A DNA stretch of 64,000 nt from an uncultured bacterium (GTDB lineage Bacteria > Patescibacteriota > Patescibacteriia > UBA9570 > XYC2-FULL-38-9). Below, piece after piece: positions 8,970-17,793 of the stretch (positions within the stretch are counted from its first letter, which is position 1; the number at the start of each line of letters is the position of its first letter). A model generated the notes under the pieces. It was not told the DNA's origin and ran no database searches. It was given only the letters and a program-made list of their open reading frames with translations. Location of the stretch: assembly GCA_937996685.1 (NCBI GenBank), contig CALKUP010000006.1, positions 64,001 through 128,000 of the forward strand, given 5' to 3'. Both the position numbers and the translations under genes were made by a program.

Positions 8970-11390
8970 TTACATCCAGAGTTTGGCAATCACGTCCTTG
9001 ATCTTTTGATCGTAAATGACAATGAGTTTTTTGGCAGATTCGACTAGCATACGCTCAACCTTAATCTTCTCTACAATCTGCCCTTGTACTTCGAGGGATG
9101 GGAGAGGTATTTTAAAATTTTTCACACTACCCGCAGCAAGATTGGGCTGTGCAACACCATTTTTAGATTCAAGGATCATATCTGCAAAAAATGACGTCCC
9201 AAAATACACCGCTAGAAAATCTACCATTACTTTTTCTCTGGGACGTACTATGACCAATGATGAAGCGATAGCTCCTTCAGAAAAGTTCTCAACTTTGGCA
9301 TATTTACCTAAAGACCCTCGCAAACATAATAATATATCATCTTTCTGAACCTTACCGCCTCCAAGCAGATCAAATCTGACTCGTGATATGAAATCCATAT
9401 TCTTCATGTCAATTCCATCATCTGTTAAATGGCCCGCATTAATAAATGGAATTCCATTGTCTACCCGGTCAGATTTTGAAGGATAATTTACGCCTCTATC
9501 GCCATTTTCAAAATCACAAATCTCCCCCAACTTCACTTTCTCCCACTCAGGATCGATGTCAATTTTGGGTTTCCAATTTTGGACGATTTGCTTGGCACCG
9601 GCGATGATGCCTGTGTAACCATTCAGCTCCGCTACAATTTGCTCTTGAATTTCGAGAGACGGGAGAGGGATTTGAAATGACTGCAACATTCCAAGCTTGA
9701 TATAAGGCATTGTATTTCCAAGTTTCTGCAACTGCATATTCTCTTTCAGAGAATTATTCAAAACTTGAAAAAGATACTTTACATTTACATTTTTGAAATT
9801 ACTCAAAACATAAGTTCGTTGATATGCGTCAAATTTTCCTTTGTAATATTTCACTGCACCAACATCACCGTTTCCAGCAATAAGTAACGCTTCTGTATCA
9901 AATGAAAATACATCAATAAATGTGTTTTCTTTAGCACAAGTAAAGAATGGGTACTCGCCGTTAGGATTTCCTTCATTTACATCTTTTCTGCCTGTTGTAA
10001 TTTCACAAAGTTCTTTTAACTCCACCATTTGCCATTTGACCTTACTGTAATCAGTAACTACACGATATCTGTCACCTGAAAGGTTATAATCACCGTTTTC
10101 GGCAATTTTTGATTTTTCTACATACATTGCAAGCTTGCTTTCTACTTTTTCACCGGCGTTCCATTTGTTCAAAATATCTAGTGCAGCTGGCAAATCATTT
10201 TTGTTAATTGGCCTCTTGGTTGCACCGAGATCAAGACCATCTTGTTCAATTTTTACGAACAAAATTTCTTGATTTGTTTTTGTTAACTCATTATTAAAAA
10301 GCAAAATACTTGTTTTTACTCCGCTATACGGAGCAAAAACACCTGATGGTAAACTTACAACAGCATATAGACCGTCCTCAATAAGATTTTTTCGAAGTTG
10401 CTTATGAGCCGTACCCGATTGAAAAATAATCCCTTCCGGCACGATAATTCCTGCGCGACCATTTGGGCGCAAGTGATTCATGATGTAATCAACGAATAAC
10501 ACCTCCGAACGGGTAGACTCAATGCTAAATTTTTTGTGGGTTGCTACACCACCTTTCGGTGACATAAACGGCGGATTCGCAAGAATGACATCGAACTTAT
10601 CACCCCATCGATCTTCTTCGCTCAATGAATTATATTGAACAATTTTAGGGTTCTTAAACTGATGTAAATACATATTCACTTGAGCAATACGCACCATGCT
10701 CGGATCAACATCGTATCCCTCAAAATTCTCCATTATTTTACGACGCTGCGATGGTGTTAATGGGGATTCTTTTTTTTTGGGGTCATTTATGCCATCATGC
10801 TGTTCCAAAATATGCTTGTATGAACTCACCAAAAAACCACCTGTTCCACATGCCGGGTCCAGTATCTTATCATCTTTTGTCGGATTAATAACATCCACAA
10901 TAAAATCGATGATATGACGCGGCGTGCGAAACTGCCCAGCATCACCTTGACTCGACATAATCGAAAGCAAATACTCATATGCATTACCAAGCTCTTCTGG
11001 ATGAGAATAATCAAAGAAATCAATCTCTTTCAAGAATAATCCAAGCGTTTCTGGTGAACGATATGGTAAAAATGCTGATTTAAAAATTCCACGGAATAAT
11101 TCTGGGAGTTGTTTCGCCTCGGAAAATTTAAGTAGAGCTTCGGCATATAAATTCATTCGCTCTTGATTCCCAACGCGCGAATCCATGAGCCGCGACCATG
11201 CATATTGCTCAAGCTCACCAATAAAAAAAGAAGGTTCATCTCCTTGTTTAATTGCAGCCTGATCCATATCATCCATGAATTTGTAAATCAAAGCATTGGT
11301 GATTTGCTCGATTTGTGAAGTCGGGTTTGGAACAACACCTACAAGCACTTGCCTTGCAGCGTCTATATGTCTTTTAGTTTCTGAATTCAT
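8970..11390 (-). CDS. hsdMS: Type I restriction-modification methyltransferase fused to the specificity subunit (HsdM-HsdS single polypeptide, two target-recognition domains)
   Basis: N6-adenine methyltransferase motifs DPACGTGGFL (motif I) and NPPF (motif IV). C-terminal 330 aa contain two TRDs, each ending in the conserved HsdS helix LPSLEIQEQIVAELN / LPSLEVQGQIVEKI. Confidence 0.8.
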   Translation of the reverse strand: MNSETKRHIDAARQVLVGVVPNPTSQIEQITNALIYKFMDDMDQAAIKQGDEPSFFIGELEQYAWSRLMDSRVGNQERMNLYAEALLKFSEAKQLPELFRGIFKSAFLPYRSPETLGLFLKEIDFFDYSHPEELGNAYEYLLSIMSSQGDAGQFRTPRHIIDFIVDVINPTKDDKILDPACGTGGFLVSSYKHILEQHDGINDPKKKESPLTPSQRRKIMENFEGYDVDPSMVRIAQVNMYLHQFKNPKIVQYNSLSEEDRWGDKFDVILANPPFMSPKGGVATHKKFSIESTRSEVLFVDYIMNHLRPNGRAGIIVPEGIIFQSGTAHKQLRKNLIEDGLYAVVSLPSGVFAPYSGVKTSILLFNNELTKTNQEILFVKIEQDGLDLGATKRPINKNDLPAALDILNKWNAGEKVESKLAMYVEKSKIAENGDYNLSGDRYRVVTDYSKVKWQMVELKELCEITTGRKDVNEGNPNGEYPFFTCAKENTFIDVFSFDTEALLIAGNGDVGAVKYYKGKFDAYQRTYVLSNFKNVNVKYLFQVLNNSLKENMQLQKLGNTMPYIKLGMLQSFQIPLPSLEIQEQIVAELNGYTGIIAGAKQIVQNWKPKIDIDPEWEKVKLGEICDFENGDRGVNYPSKSDRVDNGIPFINAGHLTDDGIDMKNMDFISRVRFDLLGGGKVQKDDILLCLRGSLGKYAKVENFSEGAIASSLVIVRPREKVMVDFLAVYFGTSFFADMILESKNGVAQPNLAAGSVKNFKIPLPSLEVQGQIVEKIKVERMLVESAKKLIVIYDQKIKDVIAKLWM

Positions 11391-11392
11391 AT

Positions 11393-13993
11393 TTACAAGT
11401 TTGTTATATGATACGCGTAATCATGGATATATTGAGGAACTATTGCCTTATAACCATTCAGCATCTGATATTCCTCAAAATCAAACGTGGACTCTGTGTT
11501 AAATCGTGCTGTTTGTTTGGTTGAGATAATTTCTCGCACTTTTTCATCTGTTGCGTATGCCTTAAAAAACATCTTGACTGGCGCATAATGCTTTTGATCA
11601 ACTGGGTTTACTTCCATGAATTTCTCCCATTCGGACTCTAGTAAGTCTTCTTTATTTTCAAATGATTCTTTTTGCCCAAAAGCGACTTCTAAAAATTCCT
11701 TTACGGAAATTCGACGATCGACATCAAATATTTTACGTATTTTATCGAGATTCAAAAAATGTTTTGGCTTATCAAAAATTTCTTTCTTCGCAAAATCTTC
11801 TGCTTCTTGTAAATCACCATTCTCCCACAATGATTTTAGGACTTCATTACCCACAACATCTTCTTCAACAGCTTGTTTAAAGCCTTCTCGGTCAATGCGC
11901 ATTCCTTCTACGCCAATAGCTATTGCAGCAACAGAAATGACTTTATCATCCATCGCTAAATCAACAGGTCCTTTAAATACTGCATTGCCATTTTCGTCTA
12001 CAAATTCTCCTTGCTGTCCTTCTGAATCAGCATTTTTTTCAGTTGCGGTCACTTTTTTTATTTGTGGCAGTTTGATTTTCTCATCATACGGAAATTCATG
12101 TTCAAAATATTCACAACTGGCAAAGAAATCAAAGAACTTAAATTCGTTCTTATCGACATGAATTTGTTCATTTGTCGTATAATCATGATAATCGAATGAA
12201 TACTTTCTAGTACCGCGGCCTTTCATCTGCACAAAATCAGACGGACTAAACACAGGTCGCATAAGACCAATATTCAACAAATCTGGGCAGTCATACCCTG
12301 TTGTCATCATGCCAACTGTAACCACTACTCGTGTCTTTCCTGAATCATATCCTTCAAGAAATTTCACTGGCCCACCAAGTCTGTTATTCGCAAAATTTAT
12401 TGTCATCTGCTGTGCCTTCTGCACTTGAGATGTCACCTGCACAGCAAAATCAGATTCATTATATTGATCTGGCCATTTTTCATAAGCAAGTCTATTGAGA
12501 ATATTTGCTACACGCGCAGCATGACTTTGTGAAACACAAAAGACAATGGATTTTCCAAAAAGTGGGAGGCCAAATTTTTGACCAATTGGATCCAGAAGAC
12601 CGTTATCAATAAATGCCTTACACATCGCAATATTTGTCTCTTCATTGAAAAATTTCTTTTCATAGTGTCGTTCATCAAACACCTCATTCATTTCTCCGGC
12701 TTCTGTATTTGTAGATACACCGTATCCTTTTTCAGATAGAAGTTCAGTGGTAATTTCTGTACGAGCATCTATGCGCGTTGGCTGAATAAGATGCCCATCT
12801 TTTGAGCCTGTATTTAAATCATATGAAAAAGTAGGAACACCTGATTCACAACCGAAAGTTTTATACGTATCTAAAAGCAAGCGCCGTTCATGCTCCCGCT
12901 GATTATCTAATGTAACGGTATTAACATTCTTCAAATAATTTTTTGGCGTAGCAGTTAAACCAAGTTTATAACCAACAAAATATTCAAACACAGCGCGACT
13001 ATTACCACCTATAGAACGATGAGCTTCATCTGAAATCACTAGTTCAAAATCTGTAGGTGAAAAATCCTTTTTGTATCGGTCGCCTGCGAGAAATGTTTGC
13101 ACTGTAGAAACGACAATGCTCGCATTTTGCCAAGAATCCTTTTTGTTCTTATAAATAACACTTGGAAAATCACGTCCCAAATACTGTGTAAATGCCTTAT
13201 GCGCCTGGTCTTCTAACTCTAATCTATCTACTAAAAATAAAATACGCTGTGCGTTACCAGACTGTAAAAACAATTTTATAGCAGCCGCGGAAATCAGCGT
13301 CTTGCCTGTACCTGTTGCCATCTCAAACAGAAACCGATTATTACCCAACTGAGCAGACTGCTGCAAAGAATTAATCGCTTGCATCTGATACGAACGCAAC
13401 TGTTTAAGGCTATTGTCTTTCAAGAACGCGCTGCGAGTATATTCATTTTGAAATAAAGGATCTTTTTCGAAACCCGGCATCTGAGATTCAATTATATAAT
13501 TCGCTCCTACTTCAATTTGCGCTAACCCTGCGGGGTCTGGTGTATATTTTTCGTACTGTGAAATTGAATCTTGCGTAGGAAAACGCGAAATTGTTTCCGG
13601 ATTACCGTTTTGAGTATCCCAAAAATAATGAATGTTACCATTCGACAAAATCACAAAACGCGCATTTATATTACGCGCATAATTACGGGCCTGTTCCTTT
13701 GCAGAAAGCGGGTCGATTGATTCTTTTTTTGCCTCAACAACAACCAGCGCTCGCCCGTTCTTATCTAGCAATAAAAAATCGATAAATCCTTTTGAAGCAT
13801 TTTCAAAATCATCACCTAACTCGCTAATACTCACTCCTGGCTCCAGCTGAATATTTGCCTTACCATTTTTATCATCAAAAAATCGCCACCCAGATTCTTG
13901 TAGTAGGTTATTTATTTTTATTCTTGCTTGGGCTTCTTTTTTATTTTTCATAACATTATTTTTCTTCATCATCCATTCGTCTTCGTCGATCAT
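11393..13993 (-). CDS. hsdR: Type I restriction enzyme R subunit (HsdR)
   Basis: N-terminal PD-(D/E)xK nuclease (FIDFLLLDKNGRALVVVEAKK). SF2 helicase Walker A (ATGTGKT) and DEAH box (SDEAHRS). The true start is probably 13972 or 13951 (MKNKKEAQARIKINNLLQESGW); the longest ORF overlaps the upstream gene by 38 nt. Confidence 0.85.
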   Translation of the reverse strand: MIDEDEWMMKKNNVMKNKKEAQARIKINNLLQESGWRFFDDKNGKANIQLEPGVSISELGDDFENASKGFIDFLLLDKNGRALVVVEAKKESIDPLSAKEQARNYARNINARFVILSNGNIHYFWDTQNGNPETISRFPTQDSISQYEKYTPDPAGLAQIEVGANYIIESQMPGFEKDPLFQNEYTRSAFLKDNSLKQLRSYQMQAINSLQQSAQLGNNRFLFEMATGTGKTLISAAAIKLFLQSGNAQRILFLVDRLELEDQAHKAFTQYLGRDFPSVIYKNKKDSWQNASIVVSTVQTFLAGDRYKKDFSPTDFELVISDEAHRSIGGNSRAVFEYFVGYKLGLTATPKNYLKNVNTVTLDNQREHERRLLLDTYKTFGCESGVPTFSYDLNTGSKDGHLIQPTRIDARTEITTELLSEKGYGVSTNTEAGEMNEVFDERHYEKKFFNEETNIAMCKAFIDNGLLDPIGQKFGLPLFGKSIVFCVSQSHAARVANILNRLAYEKWPDQYNESDFAVQVTSQVQKAQQMTINFANNRLGGPVKFLEGYDSGKTRVVVTVGMMTTGYDCPDLLNIGLMRPVFSPSDFVQMKGRGTRKYSFDYHDYTTNEQIHVDKNEFKFFDFFASCEYFEHEFPYDEKIKLPQIKKVTATEKNADSEGQQGEFVDENGNAVFKGPVDLAMDDKVISVAAIAIGVEGMRIDREGFKQAVEEDVVGNEVLKSLWENGDLQEAEDFAKKEIFDKPKHFLNLDKIRKIFDVDRRISVKEFLEVAFGQKESFENKEDLLESEWEKFMEVNPVDQKHYAPVKMFFKAYATDEKVREIISTKQTARFNTESTFDFEEYQMLNGYKAIVPQYIHDYAYHITNL

Positions 13994-14552
13994 CTAAAAT
14001 CTCATCCTCAAATTCAAAATAAAGCGTGCCTTGCGGTCGTCTCTGATACCCCAATAACTCCATTGCAAAAGTTGAAAGGCTATTTACCTTATCACCAATT
14101 TTGATTTTATCATTTTCAATAACCTCAGCAACAATGTTTGCATCTCTCGTAAATGTCAGCTTTGAGCCAACAGGGATGCCATATTGATCAAAATGAAACC
14201 GTGAACGTCGCTCTTTCACTTCATCAACCTCTTTCTCTTGCTCTTTCGTTAAACCACTGTCAATTCTTTCTTCTTGAATTTGAACCTTTTTTAACGCCAA
14301 GGCAGCATATTCAGGATTCATCTTAAAAAATTCACGATTATCTCGCGCTCGTCGATCAGCAAAAATAGAATGCAACCACTTTTCTTCTTTCTCGGCATTT
14401 TCAACTACTGCAGCATAATACACTTCAAAAGGAAGCGGGGTGCCAGTTCGATCCAGTTGCTTCATCCGCTCTGTGACATCGCCATGAGTAAAACCAATTT
14501 TAATGTACTCTGGCATTGATTCATTTGTTAATATGTAGACAATCTGATTCAT
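13956..14552 (-). CDS. GIY-YIG nuclease-family protein (T5orf172-like N-domain plus DUF4357-like C-domain)
   Basis: VYILTNESMPEYIKIGFT ... R...N ... EFF motif pattern of the T5orf172/GIY-YIG fold. First gene of the R-M operon. Confidence 0.65.
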   Translation of the reverse strand: MNQIVYILTNESMPEYIKIGFTHGDVTERMKQLDRTGTPLPFEVYYAAVVENAEKEEKWLHSIFADRRARDNREFFKMNPEYAALALKKVQIQEERIDSGLTKEQEKEVDEVKERRSRFHFDQYGIPVGSKLTFTRDANIVAEVIENDKIKIGDKVNSLSTFAMELLGYQRRPQGTLYFEFEDEILDDRRRRMDDEEK

Positions 14553-14755
14553 ACGCCAACTTCAGCAACCTATTGATAAAAACTCAAAACTTCGCAAAAT
14601 TCGAGTTAATTTGAATAATATATACATATAATATAAAGCAATTAGCGAAAAAATGCCATAGCACTGAATACGTAGAATAAACCGAAATTTAGGGGGTGTA
14701 CCCCTTCAGGGCACGGGCAGGAATCCTCGATTCCCGCTCTCCTTCTAGAGATAAC

Positions 14756-14789
14756 AAAAAAGCGGTCCCAGAAGGACCACTCTTTTGTT
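14756..14789. terminator. Bidirectional rho-independent terminator downstream of tRNA-Trp
   Basis: GGTCC-CAGAA-GGACC hairpin flanked by an A6 tract and TTTTGTT. Confidence 0.6.
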
Positions 14790-14794
14790 ATATG

Positions 14795-14865
14795 CAGGGG
14801 GTGCAGGAATCGAACCCGCCCAAATGGTTTTGGAGACCAGTGTACTACCGATATACGAACCCCCT
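14795..14865 (-). tRNA. tRNA-Trp (anticodon CCA)
   Basis: Manual fold: acceptor AGGGGGT/ACCCCCT, D-arm GTAT/GTAC, anticodon loop CTCCAAA, T-arm GCGGG-TTCGATT-CCTGC, discriminator G. The 3' CCA is not encoded. Confidence 0.8.
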
Positions 14866-15011
14866 AGAAAAGGGTGGGTCATTTGTTGACGAGATCCGGC
14901 ACATCGACAAAGGTCGGGGGGTGCGGCGGACAGACATCAAAAAAATAACCCAGCTACCCATAGTATACGGAAATATTTGGATTTGTAAAGATGGCGCAGA
15001 ATTGAAAAGAT

Positions 15012-16088
15012 ATGATACAATCCACACATATGGAAGAAAAAAGAAATATCATCTTTGATAAAAAAAATGTCCTTGTGATTGGTGGAGCTGGATTCATCGG
15101 CTCTCACCTCTGCGACGAACTGATTCAAACCTCGAAAGTCATCTGCGTTGATGATTACAGCTCTGGTTCAGTCAACAATATCTCCCACTTGCTCCAAAAT
15201 CCGAACTTCGTGTTTTTGCGGCACGATATCACAAAACCGCTGGATCTCGCGGCCTATCCCGAACTTGATTTGTTGCAAGTCAAATTCCAAGGCATCCAAG
15301 AAATCTACTACCTCGCCTGCCCGACGATTCAATTGGGATATGAGGAATTCATGCTCCAAACCGCGAAAGCAAACTCGGTTGGCGTTTTCCACGGACTTGA
15401 GCTCGCGAAAGAATATAACGCGAAATTTTTACTCGGCTCATCTCGCGCGGTCTACGGCGATCCACTTGATGGCCAAGAACAATTCCAAGAAGATTATTGG
15501 GGCTTTGTTGACCAACTCGGTAGTCGCGCTGCGTACAACGAAGGCAAACGCTTTGCAGAAACACTAACGCTCACTTACAAACGCACATTCAACCTCGACA
15601 CAAAGATTGCTCGGATTTTCAATACCTATGGCCCTCGCATGATGCTCAACGCCGGGCGCATGATCCCCGACTTTGTGAAAGCTGCCGTCGACAACAATGA
15701 CGTTGTGATTTACGGCGACGGAACCAGTGAAGACAGTTATTGCTATGTCGATGACATGATTCAAGGGTTAGTCGCGCTCATGCAAACACCGATTATTGAA
15801 CCAGTGAATCTCGGCGCTGACACTACATTTCAAATTATTGATATTGCAAAAAAAGTCATTGAACTGTCTGGCTCAAAATCTCAAATTTTATTTCAAAAAG
15901 AAATTCAAGGATTGGTTCGCTATGCTGCGCCAGACATCTCTCGTTCAAAACGACAACTCGGCTGGTTTCCGGTTACTGACCTCGATACTGGACTCAAACG
16001 CACCGTCTCGGATATGATCGGCGCCCAAACAATGACCTACAATTCCCTGTCTCCAGAAAATTACAGCACAATCTCCTCTTCATCTTGA
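15012..16088 (+). CDS. UDP-glucuronate decarboxylase / UDP-xylose synthase-like NAD-dependent epimerase-dehydratase (UXS family)
   Basis: GGAGFIGSHL Rossmann motif, YNEGKR catalytic YxxxK, and IARIFNTYGPRM characteristic of UXS/ArnA-type decarboxylases. The start may be ATG 15030 (MEEKRN). Confidence 0.7.
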   Translation: MIQSTHMEEKRNIIFDKKNVLVIGGAGFIGSHLCDELIQTSKVICVDDYSSGSVNNISHLLQNPNFVFLRHDITKPLDLAAYPELDLLQVKFQGIQEIYYLACPTIQLGYEEFMLQTAKANSVGVFHGLELAKEYNAKFLLGSSRAVYGDPLDGQEQFQEDYWGFVDQLGSRAAYNEGKRFAETLTLTYKRTFNLDTKIARIFNTYGPRMMLNAGRMIPDFVKAAVDNNDVVIYGDGTSEDSYCYVDDMIQGLVALMQTPIIEPVNLGADTTFQIIDIAKKVIELSGSKSQILFQKEIQGLVRYAAPDISRSKRQLGWFPVTDLDTGLKRTVSDMIGAQTMTYNSLSPENYSTISSSS

Positions 16089-16501
16089 GGATCTTCTGAA
16101 AACGCAAAGATCCATAATTTTTGCAACGCGAAACTAAAGACGCCTGCCGCCATTCCTGAGAATGGTTTTGCGATGATGTCTAATATATGGAAGTGTTCAA
16201 CTAAGCCCCACAGCACACTTTGGTTGATTAATAGCGCAACACCGGTTGCAACATAAAACTTCAACATCTGTTGATACGAAAACTCATGTGTTTTACCGGA
16301 ATGATGCTTGAATGTCCAACGACGACTCCAATAATAGCCATTCACGCCTGACACAACGAACGCAATTAACGCCGCGAGTAAATAATGTTCTCGGAAAAAC
16401 ACAATACCGCGAGTAAGGCTGATAAACACAGCCGAATCAATCGCGGTATTGAGAACGCCAATAATGCCGAATTTACTGAACTGCAGGATCGTATGCTTCA
16501 T
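16061..16501 (-). CDS. GtrA-family membrane protein (polysaccharide synthesis / flippase accessory)
   Basis: FGIIGVLNTAIDSAVFISL ... YWSRRWTF, four TM helices, about 146 aa. Confidence 0.65.
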   Translation of the reverse strand: MKHTILQFSKFGIIGVLNTAIDSAVFISLTRGIVFFREHYLLAALIAFVVSGVNGYYWSRRWTFKHHSGKTHEFSYQQMLKFYVATGVALLINQSVLWGLVEHFHILDIIAKPFSGMAAGVFSFALQKLWIFAFSEDPQDEEEIVL

Positions 16502-17663
16502 AGAGGTCGAATGATTGTTCGTTTATACCTCCGTGATTATAAAGGCGCGTGGTGTTTTTTGCAATGTCGTCCCAATTATATTGCTGCTTCACATGCTCTT
16601 TAATCGAGCGGCCAGCAACTTTTAAGACATGCGGGTTTTTCAAGATGAAGGCACACTGCTCAGTCAAACCATCAACATCTCCTTTGTCGAAGAAAAAGCC
16701 ACCGTGTTGCACAACTTCCACATTCGCTGGAATGTTACTCGCGATAATCCCTTTTCCGAAACTCGCGGCTTCAAGCAACGCAATCGACAACCCCTCTGAA
16801 TCAGACGGATGAATCGACGCATACGCATTCGCATAAATTTGTTTCAATGCGCGGCCTGTTTGAAAACCGGTGAAAATAATTCGAGGATCGTTTGCTGCCA
16901 AATCTTTCAATTGACTCACATATTCTTCTGTTCCAATTGCAGCGTCACCAACAATCGCTAATTTTTTATCTGTTTCTAAACGCATCCAGGCTTCAATCGC
17001 GAAATGGACGCCTTTATGCGGAACCAATCGGTTGACCACGATGGCGTAGTCTTGCGGCGAAAGACCGAGACCCGCAAGCAATTCTGAACCAACGTCTTCA
17101 CCGTCTTGCACTTCAACACCATTTGGGATATACCACGCATGTTTTCCATACGCTTCTTGCGCATAGTCTTGCAATTCCCGAGACACAACAATTGTTTGAT
17201 GTGGGAATGAAAGCGCTGCTCGTTCACCCAGTGTTAACATCAATCGAGCAAACGAACCCCATTTACCGTGCAGGCGATCTGGACTATGGAAGGTTGCGAT
17301 CACACGAGCATTCGGCGCAAAGACGCGCGGCAAAAACGACAACAATGACGGACCAACACTGTGGAAATGATAGACATCTGGACGGACAAACAATAATGCA
17401 TGTGTTACAGCGAACAGCGTTGAAATAATGGTATCAAAATGTTTTGTGCGCAATGTCGGTGTAAAGACAATCCGAACCAGTGGATGCTCTTTCTGAAACT
17501 GTTCAGCTTTTTTTGGCGAAACATAATGACGACGACTATATACAATAACCGCATTCCCTGCGCTGGAGAGTTGTTTACTTAAATGATGGACATGCTGCTC
17601 CACTCCACCCCATGTGGCTGGAACACCTTTTTGTCCAAACATTGCAATTCGTTGTCTTTTCAT
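16473..17663 (-). CDS. Glycosyltransferase family 4 (GT-B, retaining)
   Basis: MKRQRIAMFGQKGVPATWGGVEQHV N-terminus. C-terminal EX7E-type motif EGLSIALLEAASFGKGIIASN. Confidence 0.75.
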   Translation of the reverse strand: MKRQRIAMFGQKGVPATWGGVEQHVHHLSKQLSSAGNAVIVYSRRHYVSPKKAEQFQKEHPLVRIVFTPTLRTKHFDTIISTLFAVTHALLFVRPDVYHFHSVGPSLLSFLPRVFAPNARVIATFHSPDRLHGKWGSFARLMLTLGERAALSFPHQTIVVSRELQDYAQEAYGKHAWYIPNGVEVQDGEDVGSELLAGLGLSPQDYAIVVNRLVPHKGVHFAIEAWMRLETDKKLAIVGDAAIGTEEYVSQLKDLAANDPRIIFTGFQTGRALKQIYANAYASIHPSDSEGLSIALLEAASFGKGIIASNIPANVEVVQHGGFFFDKGDVDGLTEQCAFILKNPHVLKVAGRSIKEHVKQQYNWDDIAKNTTRLYNHGGINEQSFDLYEAYDPAVQ

Positions 17664-17793
17664 ACGTTACATGTTTCGCCGCTGTCTTAATCAAGAAATG
17701 TGAGCGACAGAAAACAGTAACAGGTTTTCGCTATTTTGTCAAGTCTATACACCAAAAGACCTTTTTCCTATAGAAAAAATTGTCTAATATTGG

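Noticed and set aside
11616-12161. 181-aa Ser-rich plus-strand ORF inside hsdR
   Set aside because: Antisense to a gene with clear helicase motifs. The translation is low-complexity (poly-S/K).
14717-14745. Possible second tRNA or pseudo-tRNA next to tRNA-Trp
   Set aside because: It shares only a 9-nt identity with the tRNA-Trp T-arm and a 3-nt-loop hairpin. It cannot be folded into a cloverleaf. It is kept only as a possible att-scar or sRNA element in the findings.
14696-15058. 120-aa plus-strand ORF from the track
   Set aside because: It covers the tRNA-Trp gene, the bidirectional terminator and promoter-like sequence. The translation is low-complexity with no homology features. It is spurious.
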